64,000 nucleotides of DNA from Octopus vulgaris (GCA_951406725.2 OX597824.1:90582001-90646000), one strand, 5' to 3'. Positions 14,801-28,148 are shown, counted from the stretch's first letter. Numbers and translations are program-made. Notes: generated by a model not told the origin, from the sequence alone.

Positions 14801-14897
14801 ATTGTTCGTTTACTTGATTTCAGCATGTATGTATGTATGTATGTATGTATGTATGTATGTATGTATGTATGTATGTATGTATGTATGTATATATATA

Positions 14898-14947
<50 letters not shown>

Positions 14948-14987
14948 TATGTATGTATGTATGTATGTATGTATGTATGTATGTATG

Positions 14988-15056
<69 letters not shown>

Positions 15057-15315
15057 GTATGTATATATGTATGTATGCATTTATATATGTGTGCATGTGT
15101 TTACATATTCATATATGTATGCGTATACATAAGTATTCGTACACACACACACACACACATACATACACGCATGGCACACACTTCCACACTTGTCTTCATT
15201 CTACTTTCCTCATCATTTATTTTTCTACAACGATGTTGTTTCGATTCACACTTCACCCGAAGTTGTTTCCTTTATTCATGCGCCATTTTGATTTTTCATC
15301 ACCTCCATTCAATCA

Positions 15316-15381
15316 TCGGATGTTCCAGCTCGGATGCTGCCGTTCCTCGGATGTTCCAGCTCGGATGCTGCCGTTCCTCGG
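15316..15381. repeat. Perfect 31-bp tandem duplication
   Basis: tcggatgttccagctcggatgctgccgttcc x2. Confidence 0.9.
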
Positions 15382-15574
15382 CTGGTACCACTTGTCAAAA
15401 TCACAAAATACATAACAAAATGTAGCTAACGGCGGAAGCAGTAACGTAACTTCGTCAAATGTTTTATTAGTTTATTTAATTAGATCCTTGCCGTGGTTCT
15501 GCCTTAGGAAGAAAAGATCTCTGTAAAGGTGTGACGGTGTTGTTTTTGTTGCCGTTGCTTTCTCCCGAACCAGC

Positions 15575-15725
15575 CATACCATAGCTGTTCGACAAAATAG
15601 ACCGATAGAATAAACATCAGAGCAAAGAATAAGTTCCTGAGGTCGATTCGGTCAACTAAAACCTTCAAGGCGGTTCCCCAACATGGCAGCAGTCCAGTGA
15701 GTGAAACAAATAAAGAAGATAAAAG
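15575..15725 (+). mobile_element. SINE family A, diverged 3' end
   Basis: gaccgatagaataa...aaagaataagttcctgaggtcgatt...ttcaaggcggt...gaaacaaataaag. Confidence 0.75.
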
Positions 15726-16521
15726 CGACGTCTAATGTGGGCTTTTAAAAGAAAAGAGTGAGATCTGACTGTTATTTCTAACATATCTGGCACCACGTCA
15801 TTTTGTCATTCCAGTGTAATAAGTTATGGGACTCGCCACTAACATTCGACCACCATGTCAATTTTATTCGAACCCCTAACTGATAATAGTTTCATTCGCC
15901 ATTATCATCCCCCGTTCGAACGCCATTAATATTCTATTTTTCCTACCGTCCTCACGCTTGGCCGCCATATTAGCTTTAGCTTTACTTCGATATTCTAAGT
16001 ATTTCTACATCCACCATTTCGATTAATCCCTTCTTTTAGTATAACACCCCTCACCCGCGCTCCCTTGTTCAAAAACGTCTTAACCCATCGCTACCTTTAA
16101 CATTATTCTCCAAATATAAGACGGCCATCTTTAAAAAAAAAGTTTTCCCTACCTTCATTAAACACTGTTCTTAACCGCTTTCTCTGCTTCATAACGTCGC
16201 CGCCATCTTGTTCGCGTATCTCCCCTCTGTAACATTGCTTCCTCCATTAGAAGACTAGTTAATACAAGCGTCCATTTTCCTTCAACATCCCCAAGCACCA
16301 TTAAACCGCCATATTGGGTCTCTTCTCTGATAGAATAGTAATGGGACGGTGTAATATTAGGCCAATTTATCTAGTTTCTATTCGATTTTGGATTCGATTT
16401 CCATATTTTTTCTATTTTTGTTTGCTTGTTATGATGGTTTTCTTTCTTATGCCTTGTTATTTTTTGTCAACGTTAACTTTGTTCGTGTTGTTGCTATTAT
16501 TATTATTATTATTATTATTAC

Positions 16522-16590
<69 letters not shown>

Positions 16591-17218
16591 CATTATTATT
16601 ATTGTTGTTGTTGTTGTTGTTATTGCTGTTGTCGCAATATTTGTTGTATTTTCTTTAATGTTTAAGTCTCCCGTGTATTTCGATTAAAGTTTTCGCTGGT
16701 CTGATCAGGTTTAGTCTGGTTTAGTGATGATAACTGTGTTGTTGTTGTTGTTGTTGTTATTATCGTTGTTAGTGATGAAGGTGGTGGTGGCGCCAGCGGT
16801 GTGTTGTGGGGGTGGCGGTCATTGTAATGGTTTATTAAGACGAATACTACTGTCACCATTTTTGTTGTTGTTGTTGTTATTGTTGGTGATGGTAATGGCT
16901 TCAATAAGCTTACTAAAGGTTTAGAAAGGTATCTACACTTACCTCTGCTGTTGTCATTGCTTTTGGTTAACCCTGATAAGGGCAGACCTATCATCAAAAC
17001 GCTATCACCAAACTGGGTTTTAGGGTTTGAACTGTGACCTACTCCAATGACCTTGCTTAACTCTTTGCCTGTCCTGTGCATAACGTGGTATACAGGCCAT
17101 ATTTCCTTGACGTCCATGCATCATATATGATGAATGTTCCCATTTTCTTTTCGCTCAGCAGAATAACTTGGGTCTTATGAAAAGGAAAATTTTATAGGCT
17201 GTGTGGTAAAATTTTATA

Positions 17219-17580
17219 GGCTGTGTGGTAAGTAGCTTGCTTACCAACCACATGGTTGTGGGTTCAGTTCCACTGTGTGGCACCTTGGGCAAGTGTCTTC
17301 TACTATAGCCTCGGGCCAACCAAAGCCTTGTGAGTGGATTTAGTAGACGGAAACTGAAAGAAGCCTATCGTATGTGTGTGTGTGTGTGTGTGTCTGTGTT
17401 TGTCCCCCCAACATCGCTTGACAACCGATGTTGGTGTGTTTACGTCCCTGTCACTTTGAAGGGACCGATAGAATAAGTACTAGGCTTACAAAGAATAAGT
17501 CCTGGGATCGATTTGTTTGACTAAAGGTGGTGCTCCAGCATGGCCGCAGTCAAATGACTGAAACAAAATAAGAGAGAAGA
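17219..17580 (+). mobile_element. SINE family A, full length
   Basis: Complete head, body and tail with only a short internal (TG)n. Confidence 0.92.
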
Positions 17581-18263
17581 AAGAAAGTGTTATATTACTT
17601 CGAACATATGAAACAAGGGCTAACTAAAAGTTTGAAAATATGTATGGATGTTTAGGGCAAACTTATGAAGAAGTTTTGCAAGCAAAGGGTTAAGATGGTA
17701 GGGTGTAATTTATGGGACATGAGGCTGCTATTTCTAGCAGGTCGATCAACTACCAAATTAAAACTTCTATATCATAGATTGCTGAGGTGAAAGCTATTGT
17801 CTGTCGTAATGGTCGTAACGAAAGTCAGTTTCATAAATAATAATGTAATTTTGGTTGGCGTTTAAAGGATGTGTACTGGCAGAATGATTAAGGCATCGAA
17901 TGGATTGCAACCAAGCGTTTAATTAAGGATCTTCGCATTCCCCATTCAATTTTCTTTTATTTTTGCTGGTTCGATATTATAAAGTACCAATCAAATATTG
18001 TCTTAGCACCGCTTTAATCCACAACTCTTGTCCGCTGAATTCTTGTGCCTTTTGCTTTTGCTAGACACAATTACCGTTAGTGTTTAGAACTGGAACAGCC
18101 ATTATTGAACAAACTTATGATCAAAGACATTTCATCCGTGACCTTTCCTTATTTTTTGGTATGTGCTGAGAATTCACAATTTCATTATCCCACGTTTTTC
18201 TAAGAAAGTCGGATGTAGCTTGAAGGAAATTTAGATGTTTCTTTTCTAGGGATTCTGTTGAGG

Positions 18264-18542
18264 TAGCGTTCTCAACCATTTTCCCCAATGGACCCCTTTG
18301 ATTATTATTTTGCTCAATTGGACCCTCACGGTCATTCGATGTTTAATAACCCAATTTTTAGCATTAAATGGTAGGAATTTATAAAAGATTGTTAAAATAT
18401 TTCGTGTATTGTAGAAAAATAATCAAATTACTACGCATAAATTTCAGCAACAAAATCGTATACGGACCCTGAATGGTCGTATGGACCCCGAAGGGCCATA
18501 TAAGCCTCCAAGGGCCATATGGATCCCGGTTGAGAAACCCTG
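18264..18542. mobile_element. hAT-like MITE
   Basis: Ends agcgttctcaacc / ggttgagaaaccctg (CAGGGGTTCTCAACC-type TIR) and subterminal atggacccc repeats; homologous to 55872-56337. Confidence 0.75.
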
Positions 18543-18982
18543 CTGTTGGGGCTTCTTTGACAACTTCTAGTTCGGTAGTAGCTTATCTAGATACCAGCTT
18601 AGAGTAGACCTTGTTTTTGATGTTGCTAAAATTGGTTAATAAACATCTTTGTAGATTTGTAGGTAGCACTAAGAAATGCAGTTGATGATAGCTTTGTGAT
18701 TCCTTTCTTTCTCCATTTTTTCTTTTCTTTCATCCTTTTTTCATTCATTTCTTCATTCGTTCGTTCGTTCCTTCTTCCCTTTCTTCCTTCCATCTTTCTT
18801 TTCATCCTTCCTTCCTTCCTTTTTTTCCTTTCTTTCCCTCTTGCCTTCACTTCCTCCGATCCTGGTAAAATGCTGGTAGAGGCAACGCTGAGACATAACG
18901 TTCAAGTATTCCAGACCTGGTGGAGTCCGTTTAGTCTCCAGGCCTGAACATAGAAACCGATTCCTTTCAGAGAAAAGAAACG

Positions 18983-19083
18983 AAGAAGAAGAAGAAGAAG
19001 AAGAAGAAGAAGAAGAAGAAGAAGAAGAAGAAGAAGAAGAAGAAGAAGAAGAAGAAGAAGAAGAAGAAGAAGAAGAAGAAGAA
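18983..19083. repeat. Pure (GAA)n tract
   Basis: Directly visible. Confidence 0.97.
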
Positions 19084-19289
19084 TCTGTCTCAGTTCTGAA
19101 ATAGGGCTTTATTTATCGACCCCGAAATGTTGAAGAGCATAACTGGCCTCGACAAGATTTGAACTCAGAGCGCAGACATACATTTAAGTAGAACTATTAC
19201 ACTATTACACTGACCGCATTCTACCACGGCTGCCAGTCCTGTACAGCTCTTTCAGTATAGGCAGACCACAACAAGTGAGATCAATACAC

Positions 19290-19490
19290 AGTCAATCGAC
19301 CTGCTAGAAACAGCACCCAAATCTCCCTAAAATTTCACGAATCTTACAACATTAAAAAAGGATAGGCACGTTGGAAAAACAATGCTGTTCCTGATATATA
19401 GATAAGACTGGATGGTCATTACTGAGTTGTTGCTCTTTGACCATAGTTTTTTCTCAGTTCAGACTGACTTGAGGCAGACTAACAACAACA
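19290..19490 (-). mobile_element. Dispersed repeat family C (other pieces near 17690-17755, 18095-18250, 21845-21920, 40285-40485)
   Basis: Shared end gatttg.ctgct.tttctagcaggtcga; ataagactggatggtcattactgagttgtt is shared with 21847. Confidence 0.6.
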
Positions 19491-19611
19491 GCAACACCGT
19501 TATATTAACACCATGACCATCACAGCAACATCACGACAACACCATTCCGTTCTTGTTCGCCATACGATGGGAATTCCACGTCATATGGCTTCATTGACAT
19601 CGAGACCACTA

Positions 19612-19634
19612 GCACATCATCATCGTCATCATCG

Positions 19635-19672
<38 letters not shown>

Positions 19673-19719
19673 TTCCATCACCATCATCATCATCTACATC
19701 AGTACATTCATCATCATCG

Positions 19720-19770
<51 letters not shown>

Positions 19771-20650
19771 CCATCATCATCTTGATCATAGTAATTACCA
19801 TCATCGTCATCATCATCATCATCACCATCATCATCATATTCATCATCATCATCATCTTCATCAGCATCATCACCACCAAAGCCACAATCACCACGACGTA
19901 CATCATTACCACAAATATCATCACCTCATCACCACCACCACCACCACCACCACCACCACCACAATGTACAACACCTGCAATGCGAATACTAATGACATCA
20001 AAATTAATATCAACAGCACTGCTACCGCCAGCACCATCACCACTCACACAGCGCCACCAACATTCCGCCACTAACAACACCACCACCACCACCAGCACCA
20101 CCATCATCCACAACAACAACAACAACAAAATCAACAACAGCATCACCACCACCATCACCACCACCACCATAACCATCACCACCACCACAACCACCACCAC
20201 CACCACCACTATCGCCATCTCACTACCACCATCGCCAGCAATTACAACACCAACGACAGTAATAGCACCATGGCCACCTCGACACGCCTCCCACACCACT
20301 CACCAGCGCTCACTTCCCTTACCGCTCCATACAAGTTCATTACACTACAAGACCATGCTACAGCACCACAGTATTACACTACCAAACCGCATCAACTCTC
20401 TACCACACACACACACTGCATTGCAACCAACAACACCTTCACTCCTTTGCACTACAACATCAACGTTACACCTCACCACCACCACCACTCACTGCAACAC
20501 AACATTACCATGCCGCATCACAATAACCACACAACCATACGACATCACAACCAGTACGCTACAGCACCGCACTACCACTACACCTGTGTTCCGCCACCCT
20601 CGACCACTACACACTACAGTATCCACCATACTACACAATCCCACCCCCTT
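19612..20650. repeat. (CAT)n/(CAC)n/(CAA)n compound and cryptic trinucleotide field
   Basis: Directly visible. Confidence 0.9.
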
Positions 20651-21207
20651 ACGTTTCTCCTACATCAATCTCGATAGACGAGTTTTTTTACAAGATTTGT
20701 GTAGTTTTTTTTATTGCTTACATTTTTTTTGTGTTCCTATTGAAATGTCTCTACATGGAATATCCAGACTAATTTTACGCCTGTTAGACAGTGTAGGAGA
20801 TCGAGGAGGAAGAGGAGGAAAAAAGGAAAGAGAGAGAGAGAGAGAGGGGGGTGAGAGAAGAGTTGAAAAGAGAGTTAGAGAGCTGGAATGTTAGTGAGAG
20901 AGAGAGAGAGAAAGACCGACAGAAAGACAGTGAGTATCAGAAATTCAAAGGAGGGGGAGAGGTTATGATAAATAATGAATGAAAGCGAAAAGACGCAGAA
21001 AGAGTGAAAGAAAGAGAGAGAGGGGGAGAGAAAAAGAAAGAGAGGTTGTTTGTATGTGTAAAAGGAGGGGACAAATAAATGAAACTTGGAAAATGGGGAG
21101 GAAAAAACAATGTGCCATGCTATTTGTAATTTGTATGTGTATATATGTATGTGTGTATGTACATCTCTCTCCCTCTTTATCTTTCTTTCCTTCTCTCTCT
21201 GTACATA

Positions 21208-21301
<94 letters not shown>

Positions 21302-21479
21302 TATATATATATGTATATATGTATATATATACATACAACATAATGTGTCCATGTATATAAGTTTGAATGTGTTATATGTATGCGTATATGTATGTATGTA
21401 TGTATGTATCAATCTATCTATCTGCCTTATCTAACTATCTATCTATCTATATATATATCATACACACACATACATCATC

Positions 21480-21511
<32 letters not shown>

Positions 21512-21537
21512 TGTATGTATGTATGTATGTATGTATG

Positions 21538-21574
<37 letters not shown>

Positions 21575-21588
21575 GTCTATCTGTCTGC

Positions 21589-21648
<60 letters not shown>

Positions 21649-21649
21649 A

Positions 21650-21702
<53 letters not shown>

Positions 21703-21919
21703 GTATACATTTATGTATATATAAATGTATATATGAATGATAAATAGCTAGCTAGCTATATATCTAACGTAGAGAATCGGTAGAGCCGTTGTTAGAGAGT
21801 TGGATAGAATACCTCACATAATTTATTCCAGGTTCCTCATATATAAATAAGACTGGATGGTCATTACTGAGTTGTTTTATTTTCTTACCATAGTTTTTTC
21901 TCAGTTCTGACGGACTTGA

Positions 21920-24900
21920 ATGCTTAGATATTCTTCTGCTAACACCTTAAACTAAGGTCCTAATCCTTGTGGGAATGAGATAGAGGGTTTCGCGCTTCTG
22001 TGCTGTACACATTATTCTTGTTGCGCTTCCTGTAGAGATAGTATTTGCTCGTATTCTGGTCTAGTGTCACCTCTAGGGAGTCGAATGGGGTCAAGTTGGT
22101 GGTGGCTATTATAGAGCGGCTGAATTCTCTGAATATTTTTTTACCAGGTACTTCCTAAATTTGTCCATTGCATGGCCTTTTATATGGTTTGAGATTATCC
22201 TGTTAAGGGCCGATCTATGTGAGTGTGTGCGTTTCTCGAGGATGTCCAAGGTGGATAATGCGATGAGTTCGACGATCACAGCCCCGTCGTAACCTTGTCC
22301 GAATAGTGGATCACCCAGAAGAAATCATTGTGAACGAGGATTGATTTTCCAGCGTTCATGATGCTTCTGACGTCTAGATTACTTATAACAGTGAATTGCC
22401 TAGCAGAATTCAAGGCCTTCAGGAGAAGGGGTTTCGATGTGGAACGGAAGAAGTACACGATACCGAACTGTGTGAACCTGCAGGCTGATTTGTTTTGGAT
22501 AACGCGTAGCCAGTGGATAACATTAAGTCACCCCTGTGGGCCTTCTAATATCATAGTTCATGTTATCTAGAATGTTCTTGATAACAATGCCTATTTTGCT
22601 TTAAGAGGGGTTGAAAAACTTGCTTTTTGGGTTGGAGAGTAAATTAGGTCTGTGGGCCTTAAGTGTAACAGGAAGGTAGGGGTCGAGCAGCGAGGTAGTC
22701 CACGTGATCCTCTATATTTAGGAGGATGGATAGCTCCATCGCTTCAGTGCGATTTCATTCTATGTGGAAGTGCTAGTTTTTTGTTTGTATGTTTTAGAGA
22801 TCGTGTTTGTGAGGAGTCTTATGTGTAACTCTTAAAAATCGTCTTTGCGAGGAGTTTTATGTGTGCGTCTTAATAATCGTGTTTGTGAGGAGTCTTATTT
22901 GTGTGTCTTAGTGATCGTGTTTGTGAGGAGTCTTATTTGTGTCTTAGTAATCGTGTTTGTGATGAGTCTTATTTGTGTCTTAGTAATCGTGTTTGTGATG
23001 AGTCTTATTTGTGTCTTAGTAATCGTGTTTGTGATGAGTCTTATTTGTGTCTTAGTAATCGTGTTTGTGATGAGTCTTATTTGTGTCTTAATAATCGTGT
23101 TTGTGATGAGTCTTATTTGTGTGTCTTAGTGATCGTGTTTGTGAGGAGTCTTATTTGTGTCTTAGTAATCGTGTTTGTGATGAGTCTTATTTGTGTCTTA
23201 ATAATCGTGTTTGTGAGGAGTCTTATTTGTGTCTTAGTAATCGTGTTTGTGATGAGTCTTATTTGTGTGTCTTAGTGATCGTGTTTGTGATGAGTCTTAT
23301 TTGTGTCTTAGTAATCGTGTTTGTGATGAGTCTTATTTGTGTCTTAGTAATCGTGTTTGTGATGAGTCTTATTTGTGTCTTAGTAATCGTGTTTGTGAGG
23401 AGTCTTATTTGTGTGTCTTAGTGATCGTGTTTGTGATGAGTCTTATTTGTGTCTTAGTAATCGTGTTTGTGATGAGTCTTATTTGTGTCTTAGTAATCGT
23501 GTTTGTGATGAGTCTTATTTGTGTGTCTTAGTGATCGTGTTTGTGAGGAGTCTTATTTGTGTCTTAGTAATCGTGTTTGTGATGAGTCTTATTTGTGTCT
23601 TAATAATCGTGTTTGTGATGAGTCTTATTTGTGTCTTAGTGATCGTGTTTGTGAGGAGTCTTATTTGTGTCTTAGTAATCGTGTTTGTGAGGAGTCTTAT
23701 TTGTGTCTTAGTAATCGTGTTTGTGATGAGTCTTATTTGTGTCTTAGTAATCGTGTTTGTGATGAGTCTTATTTGTGTCTTAGTAATCGTGTTTGTGATG
23801 AGTCTTATTTGTGTCTTAGTAATCGTGTTTGTGATGAGTCTTATTTGTGTCTTAGTAATCGTGTTTGTGATGAGTCTTATTTGTGTCTTAATAATCTTAT
23901 GTTTGTGTTTGTGATGAGTCTTATTTGTGTCTTAGTAATCGTGTTTGTGATGAGTCTTATTTGTGTCTTAGTAATCGTGTTTGTGATGAGTCTTATTTGT
24001 GTCTTAGTAATCGTGTTTGTGATGAGTCTTATTTGTGTCTTAATAATCGTGTTTGTGATGAGTCTTATTTGTGTCTTATAATCGTGTTTGTGATGAGTCT
24101 TATTTGTGTCTTAGTAATCGTGTTTGTGATGAGTCTTATTTGTGTCTTAGTAATCGTGTTTGTGATGAGTCTTATTTGTGTCTTAATAATCGTGTTTGTG
24201 ATGAGTCTTATTTGTGTCTTAGTAATCGTGTTTGTGATGAGTCTTATTTGTGTCTTAGTAATCGTGTTTGTGATGAGTCTTATTTGTGTCTTAATAATCG
24301 TGTTTGTGATGAGTCTTATTTGTGTCTTATAATCGTGTTTGTGATGAGTCTTATTTGTGTCTTAATAATCGTGTTTGTGATGAGTCTTATTTGTGTCTTA
24401 GTAATCGTGTTTGTGATGAGTCTTATTTGTGTCTTAGTAATCGTGTTTGTGATGAGTCTTATTTGTGTCTTAGTAATCGTGTTTGTGATGAGTCTTATTT
24501 GTGTCTTAGTAATCGTGTTTGTGATGAGTCTTATTTGTGTCTTAGTAATCGTGTTTGTGATGAGTCTTATTTGTGTCTTAGTAATCGTGTTTGTGATGAG
24601 TCTTATTTGTGTCTTAGTGTTTGTGATGAGTCTTATTTGTGTCTTAGTAATCGTGTTTGTGATGAGTCTTATTTGTGTCTTAGTAATCGTGTTTGTGATG
24701 AGTCTTATTTGTGTCTTAATAATCGTGTTTGTGATGAGTCTTATTTGTGTCTTAGTAATCGTGTTTGTGATGAGTCTTATTTGTGTCTTAGTAATCGTGT
24801 TTGTGATGAGTCTTATTTGTGTCTTAGTAATCGTGTTTGTGATGAGTCTTATTTGTGTCTTAGTAATCGTGTTTGTGATGAGTCTTATTTGTGTCTTAGT

Positions 24901-26013
24901 AATCGTGTTTGTGATGAGTCTTATTTGTGTCTTAATAATCGTGTTTGTGATGAGTCTTATTTGTGTCTTAATAATCGTGTTTGTGATGAGTCTTATTTGT
25001 GTCTTAATAATCGTGTTTGTGATGAGTCTTATTTGTGTCTTAGTAATCGTGTTTGTGATGAGTCTTATTTGTGTCTTAGTAATCGTGTTTGTGATGAGTC
25101 TTATTTGTGTCTTAGTAATCGTGTTTGTGATGAGTCTTATTTGTGTCTTATAATCGTGTTTGTGTTGATCTTATTTGTTCTTATAATCTGTTTGTGATGA
25201 GTCTTATTTGTGTCTTATAATCGTGTTTGTGATGAGTCTTATTTGTGTCTTAATAATCGTGTTTGTGATGAGTCTTATTTGTGTCTTAGTAATCGTGTTT
25301 GTGATGAGTCTTATTTGTGTCTTAGTAATCGTGTTTGTGATGAGTCTTATTTGTGTCTTAGTAATCGTGTTTGTGATGAGTCTTATTTGTGTCTTAGTAA
25401 TCGTGTTTGTGATGAGTCTTATTTGTGTCTTAGTAATCGTGTTTGTGATGAGTCTTATTTTGTCTTAATAATCGTGTTTGTGATGAGTCTTATTTGTGTC
25501 TTAGTAATCGTGTTTGTGATGAGTCTTATTTGTGTCTTAGTGTGTTTTGATGAGTCTTATTTGTATCTTAGTAATCGTGTTTGTGATGAGTCTTATTTGT
25601 GTCTTAGTAATCGTGTTTGTGATGAGTCTTATTTGTGTCTTAATAATCGTGTTTGTGATGAGTCTTATTTGTGTCTTAATAATCGTGTTTGTGATGAGTC
25701 TTATTTGTGTCTTAATAATCGTGTTTGTGATGAGTCTTATTTGTGTCTTAGTAATCGTGTTTGTGATGAGTCTTATTTGTGTGTCTTAATAATCGTGTTT
25801 GTGATGAGTTTCATAAATATTATTTGTTTTGTCTGCGAATATATGTACATTAGGTAATGGCACAATATTGGCCATGTGGTCATTTAAAATTCGGAGGAAT
25901 GGGATAGAACAATGTTGAAACCTTACGTTCTTTGCGATGTTCCATATGTCAGTTTCGAAACTCTGTAAGATTTTCGTCAGCGATAGGGAGCATTTATGGG
26001 ATTTAGGTCTCAT
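21920..26013 (-). mobile_element. Decayed Penelope-like retroelement RT ORF (probably Naiad-type), split by a 3-kb minisatellite
   Basis: Colinear minus-strand peptides: LQSFETDIWNIAKNVRF...VHIFADKTNNIYET (25810-26013); then RLLTNTISKTYKQ, VTLKAHRPNLLSNPKSKFFNPS*SKIGIVIKNILDNMN, CRFTQFGIVYFFRSTSKPLLLKALNSARQF, GYDGAVIVELIAL, IGP*QDNL (decayed YRDD) and TNLTPFDSLEVTLDQNTSKYYLYRKRN (21920-22830). Confidence 0.85.
22795..25809. repeat. 36-bp minisatellite, roughly 83 copies
   Basis: Unit cttagtaatcgtgtttgtgatgagtcttatttgtgt with few variants (g/a substitutions, +gt, small deletions); copy number estimated as length divided by 36. Confidence 0.98.
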
Positions 26014-26024
26014 GGAGCCAAATC

Positions 26025-26364
<340 letters not shown>

Positions 26365-26365
26365 G

Positions 26366-26424
<59 letters not shown>

Positions 26425-26425
<1 letters not shown>

Positions 26426-27055
26426 TTATCTCTAGCTGCCCAGTCCTGGCTAAGAAGGAATATATTCACAGACATGACAGAGTTGGAACTTACATACATT
26501 GGAAGCTATGCCAACATTATGGAATAACAACAGAAAAAAGATGGTATAGGCACACACCAGAAAAGGTCACAGAAAACGAGAAAGCAACCATACTCTGGGA
26601 TATGCCGATACACACAGATAGAGAAATTAAGGCCAACAGACCAGATATAGTTGTCAGAGACCATGAAGAAAAAAAATGCTTTCTAATTGATGTATCAATA
26701 CCGGCAGATGACAACGTGTCTCTAAAAGAAATGGAGAAACTCTCAAAATACAAAGACCTGGAAATAGAGGTAACTAGAATGTGGAATCTGAAAACAGAAA
26801 CAATTCCTATCATAGTAGGTGCATTAGGCATGATAAAAAAATATTCAGACAAATACATAACAAAAACACCAGGACTTACAAACACATATAACATACAGAA
26901 AATTGCACTACTAGGCACTGCACACATCCTACGCAGAACACTTTCCATACAATAACCATCAGAGCATCACAACAAATCACAGCACATACCCAAGGCACAC
27001 AGAGCTGCGCTCGGTAGTGAAGTGAAAGCACGCTATAAAAATAAAAATAAAACTA

Positions 27056-27060
<5 letters not shown>
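26425..27060 (+). mobile_element. Dong/R4-clade non-LTR retrotransposon, 5'-truncated, with intact restriction-like endonuclease region
   Basis: Open frame 26425-26955: IISSCPVLAKKEYIHRHDRV...LWDMPIHTDREIKANRPDIVVRD...LIDVSIP...KLSKYKDL...IPIIVGALG (RHD, PD..D and K..KY motifs); 3' UTR followed by (TAA)n; inserted in (TAA)n. Confidence 0.93.
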
Positions 27061-27150
<90 letters not shown>

Positions 27151-27164
27151 TAATAGTAATAATA

Positions 27165-27875
27165 ATTGTCTCCATGTGCAATCTTCTTGCGCCTACAGAG
27201 TATCTTAACAGGCATGTTAAAGCTGCACAATATATTCACTGGGTAATTTGCAAAAGCCTGGATTTGCCCCATGATAAAAACTTGTGGGAACACAAACCAT
27301 CTCCAGTGTTTGAAAATGATCACATATCACTCCTCTGGAACTTCACTATCCAAAATGACAGAAAGATAGATGCGAATAGGCCAGACATTATTTTGAAAGA
27401 TTTCAGACAAAAATCATACCACCTCATTGATGGGACTGTCCTAATCGATATAAACGTATCTGTCAAGACCTACCAAAAACTGAGCAAGTATAAAGATCTT
27501 GAAATAGAAATTAGCAAATGTGGAACCTGAAGACTAAAACAATACTTGTCATAGGTGCCCTGGGAATGATAGCAAAAGGGGCTGATTTCTACCTAGCTCA
27601 GATACCAGGAAACCTCAAAATGGCAGAAATTCAAAAGATAGTATTTATGAGAACTGCTCATATCCTACACAAAATACTTTCTATGTAATCTCAGGTTTTA
27701 AAACAAACAATTTTTTTATGGTTTCTTAAACATTCTCTAGAACAACACTATGTACAAAACCAAATATATGACACCATAGGCATAAAACCAGCATGAACTT
27801 TTAAGTTGTCTCTTGAGGTCTCTGGGTGAGACTTGGAGCCAACTTGTACAAATGTAAAGCAAAAGTCAAACATAA

Positions 27876-27876
<1 letters not shown>
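27165..27876 (+). mobile_element. Second Dong/R4-type family, 5'-truncated and frameshifted
   Basis: IVSMCNLLAPTEYLNRHVK...LLWNFTIQNDRKIDANRPDIILKD...LID...KLSKYKDLEIEI; a different 3' UTR; (TAA)n on both sides. Confidence 0.9.
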
Positions 27877-27922
<46 letters not shown>

Positions 27923-28093
27923 TAAAATATATACATATATATATGTATATATAAAAAAACATTTTTTCGTAATGAGATTTTAAAAAAACCGTCTCATCGG
28001 AGACGGTGTGAGAAGATGGTTAAAAAATAGTTAATTTAGATAAGATATAAAGTGGAGAGTGAGGTGGAGGAAATAAAAGAAAATAGATATGTA

Positions 28094-28148
<55 letters not shown>

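Noticed and set aside
16662-17117. ORF MDVKEIWPVYHVMHRTG as a host exon or hAT fragment
   Set aside because: Only a vague motif resemblance, and the rest of the ORF is repeat-derived.
22795-25809. CRISPR array (36-bp repeats)
   Set aside because: Units are head to tail with no unique spacers, there are no cas genes and the context is eukaryotic.
22845-25857. Cys-rich repeat protein (CLSNRVCDESYL)n or membrane repeat (VLVIVFVMSLIC)n
   Set aside because: Chance open frames of a 36-bp unit on the strand opposite the PLE ORF; indels switch frames repeatedly.
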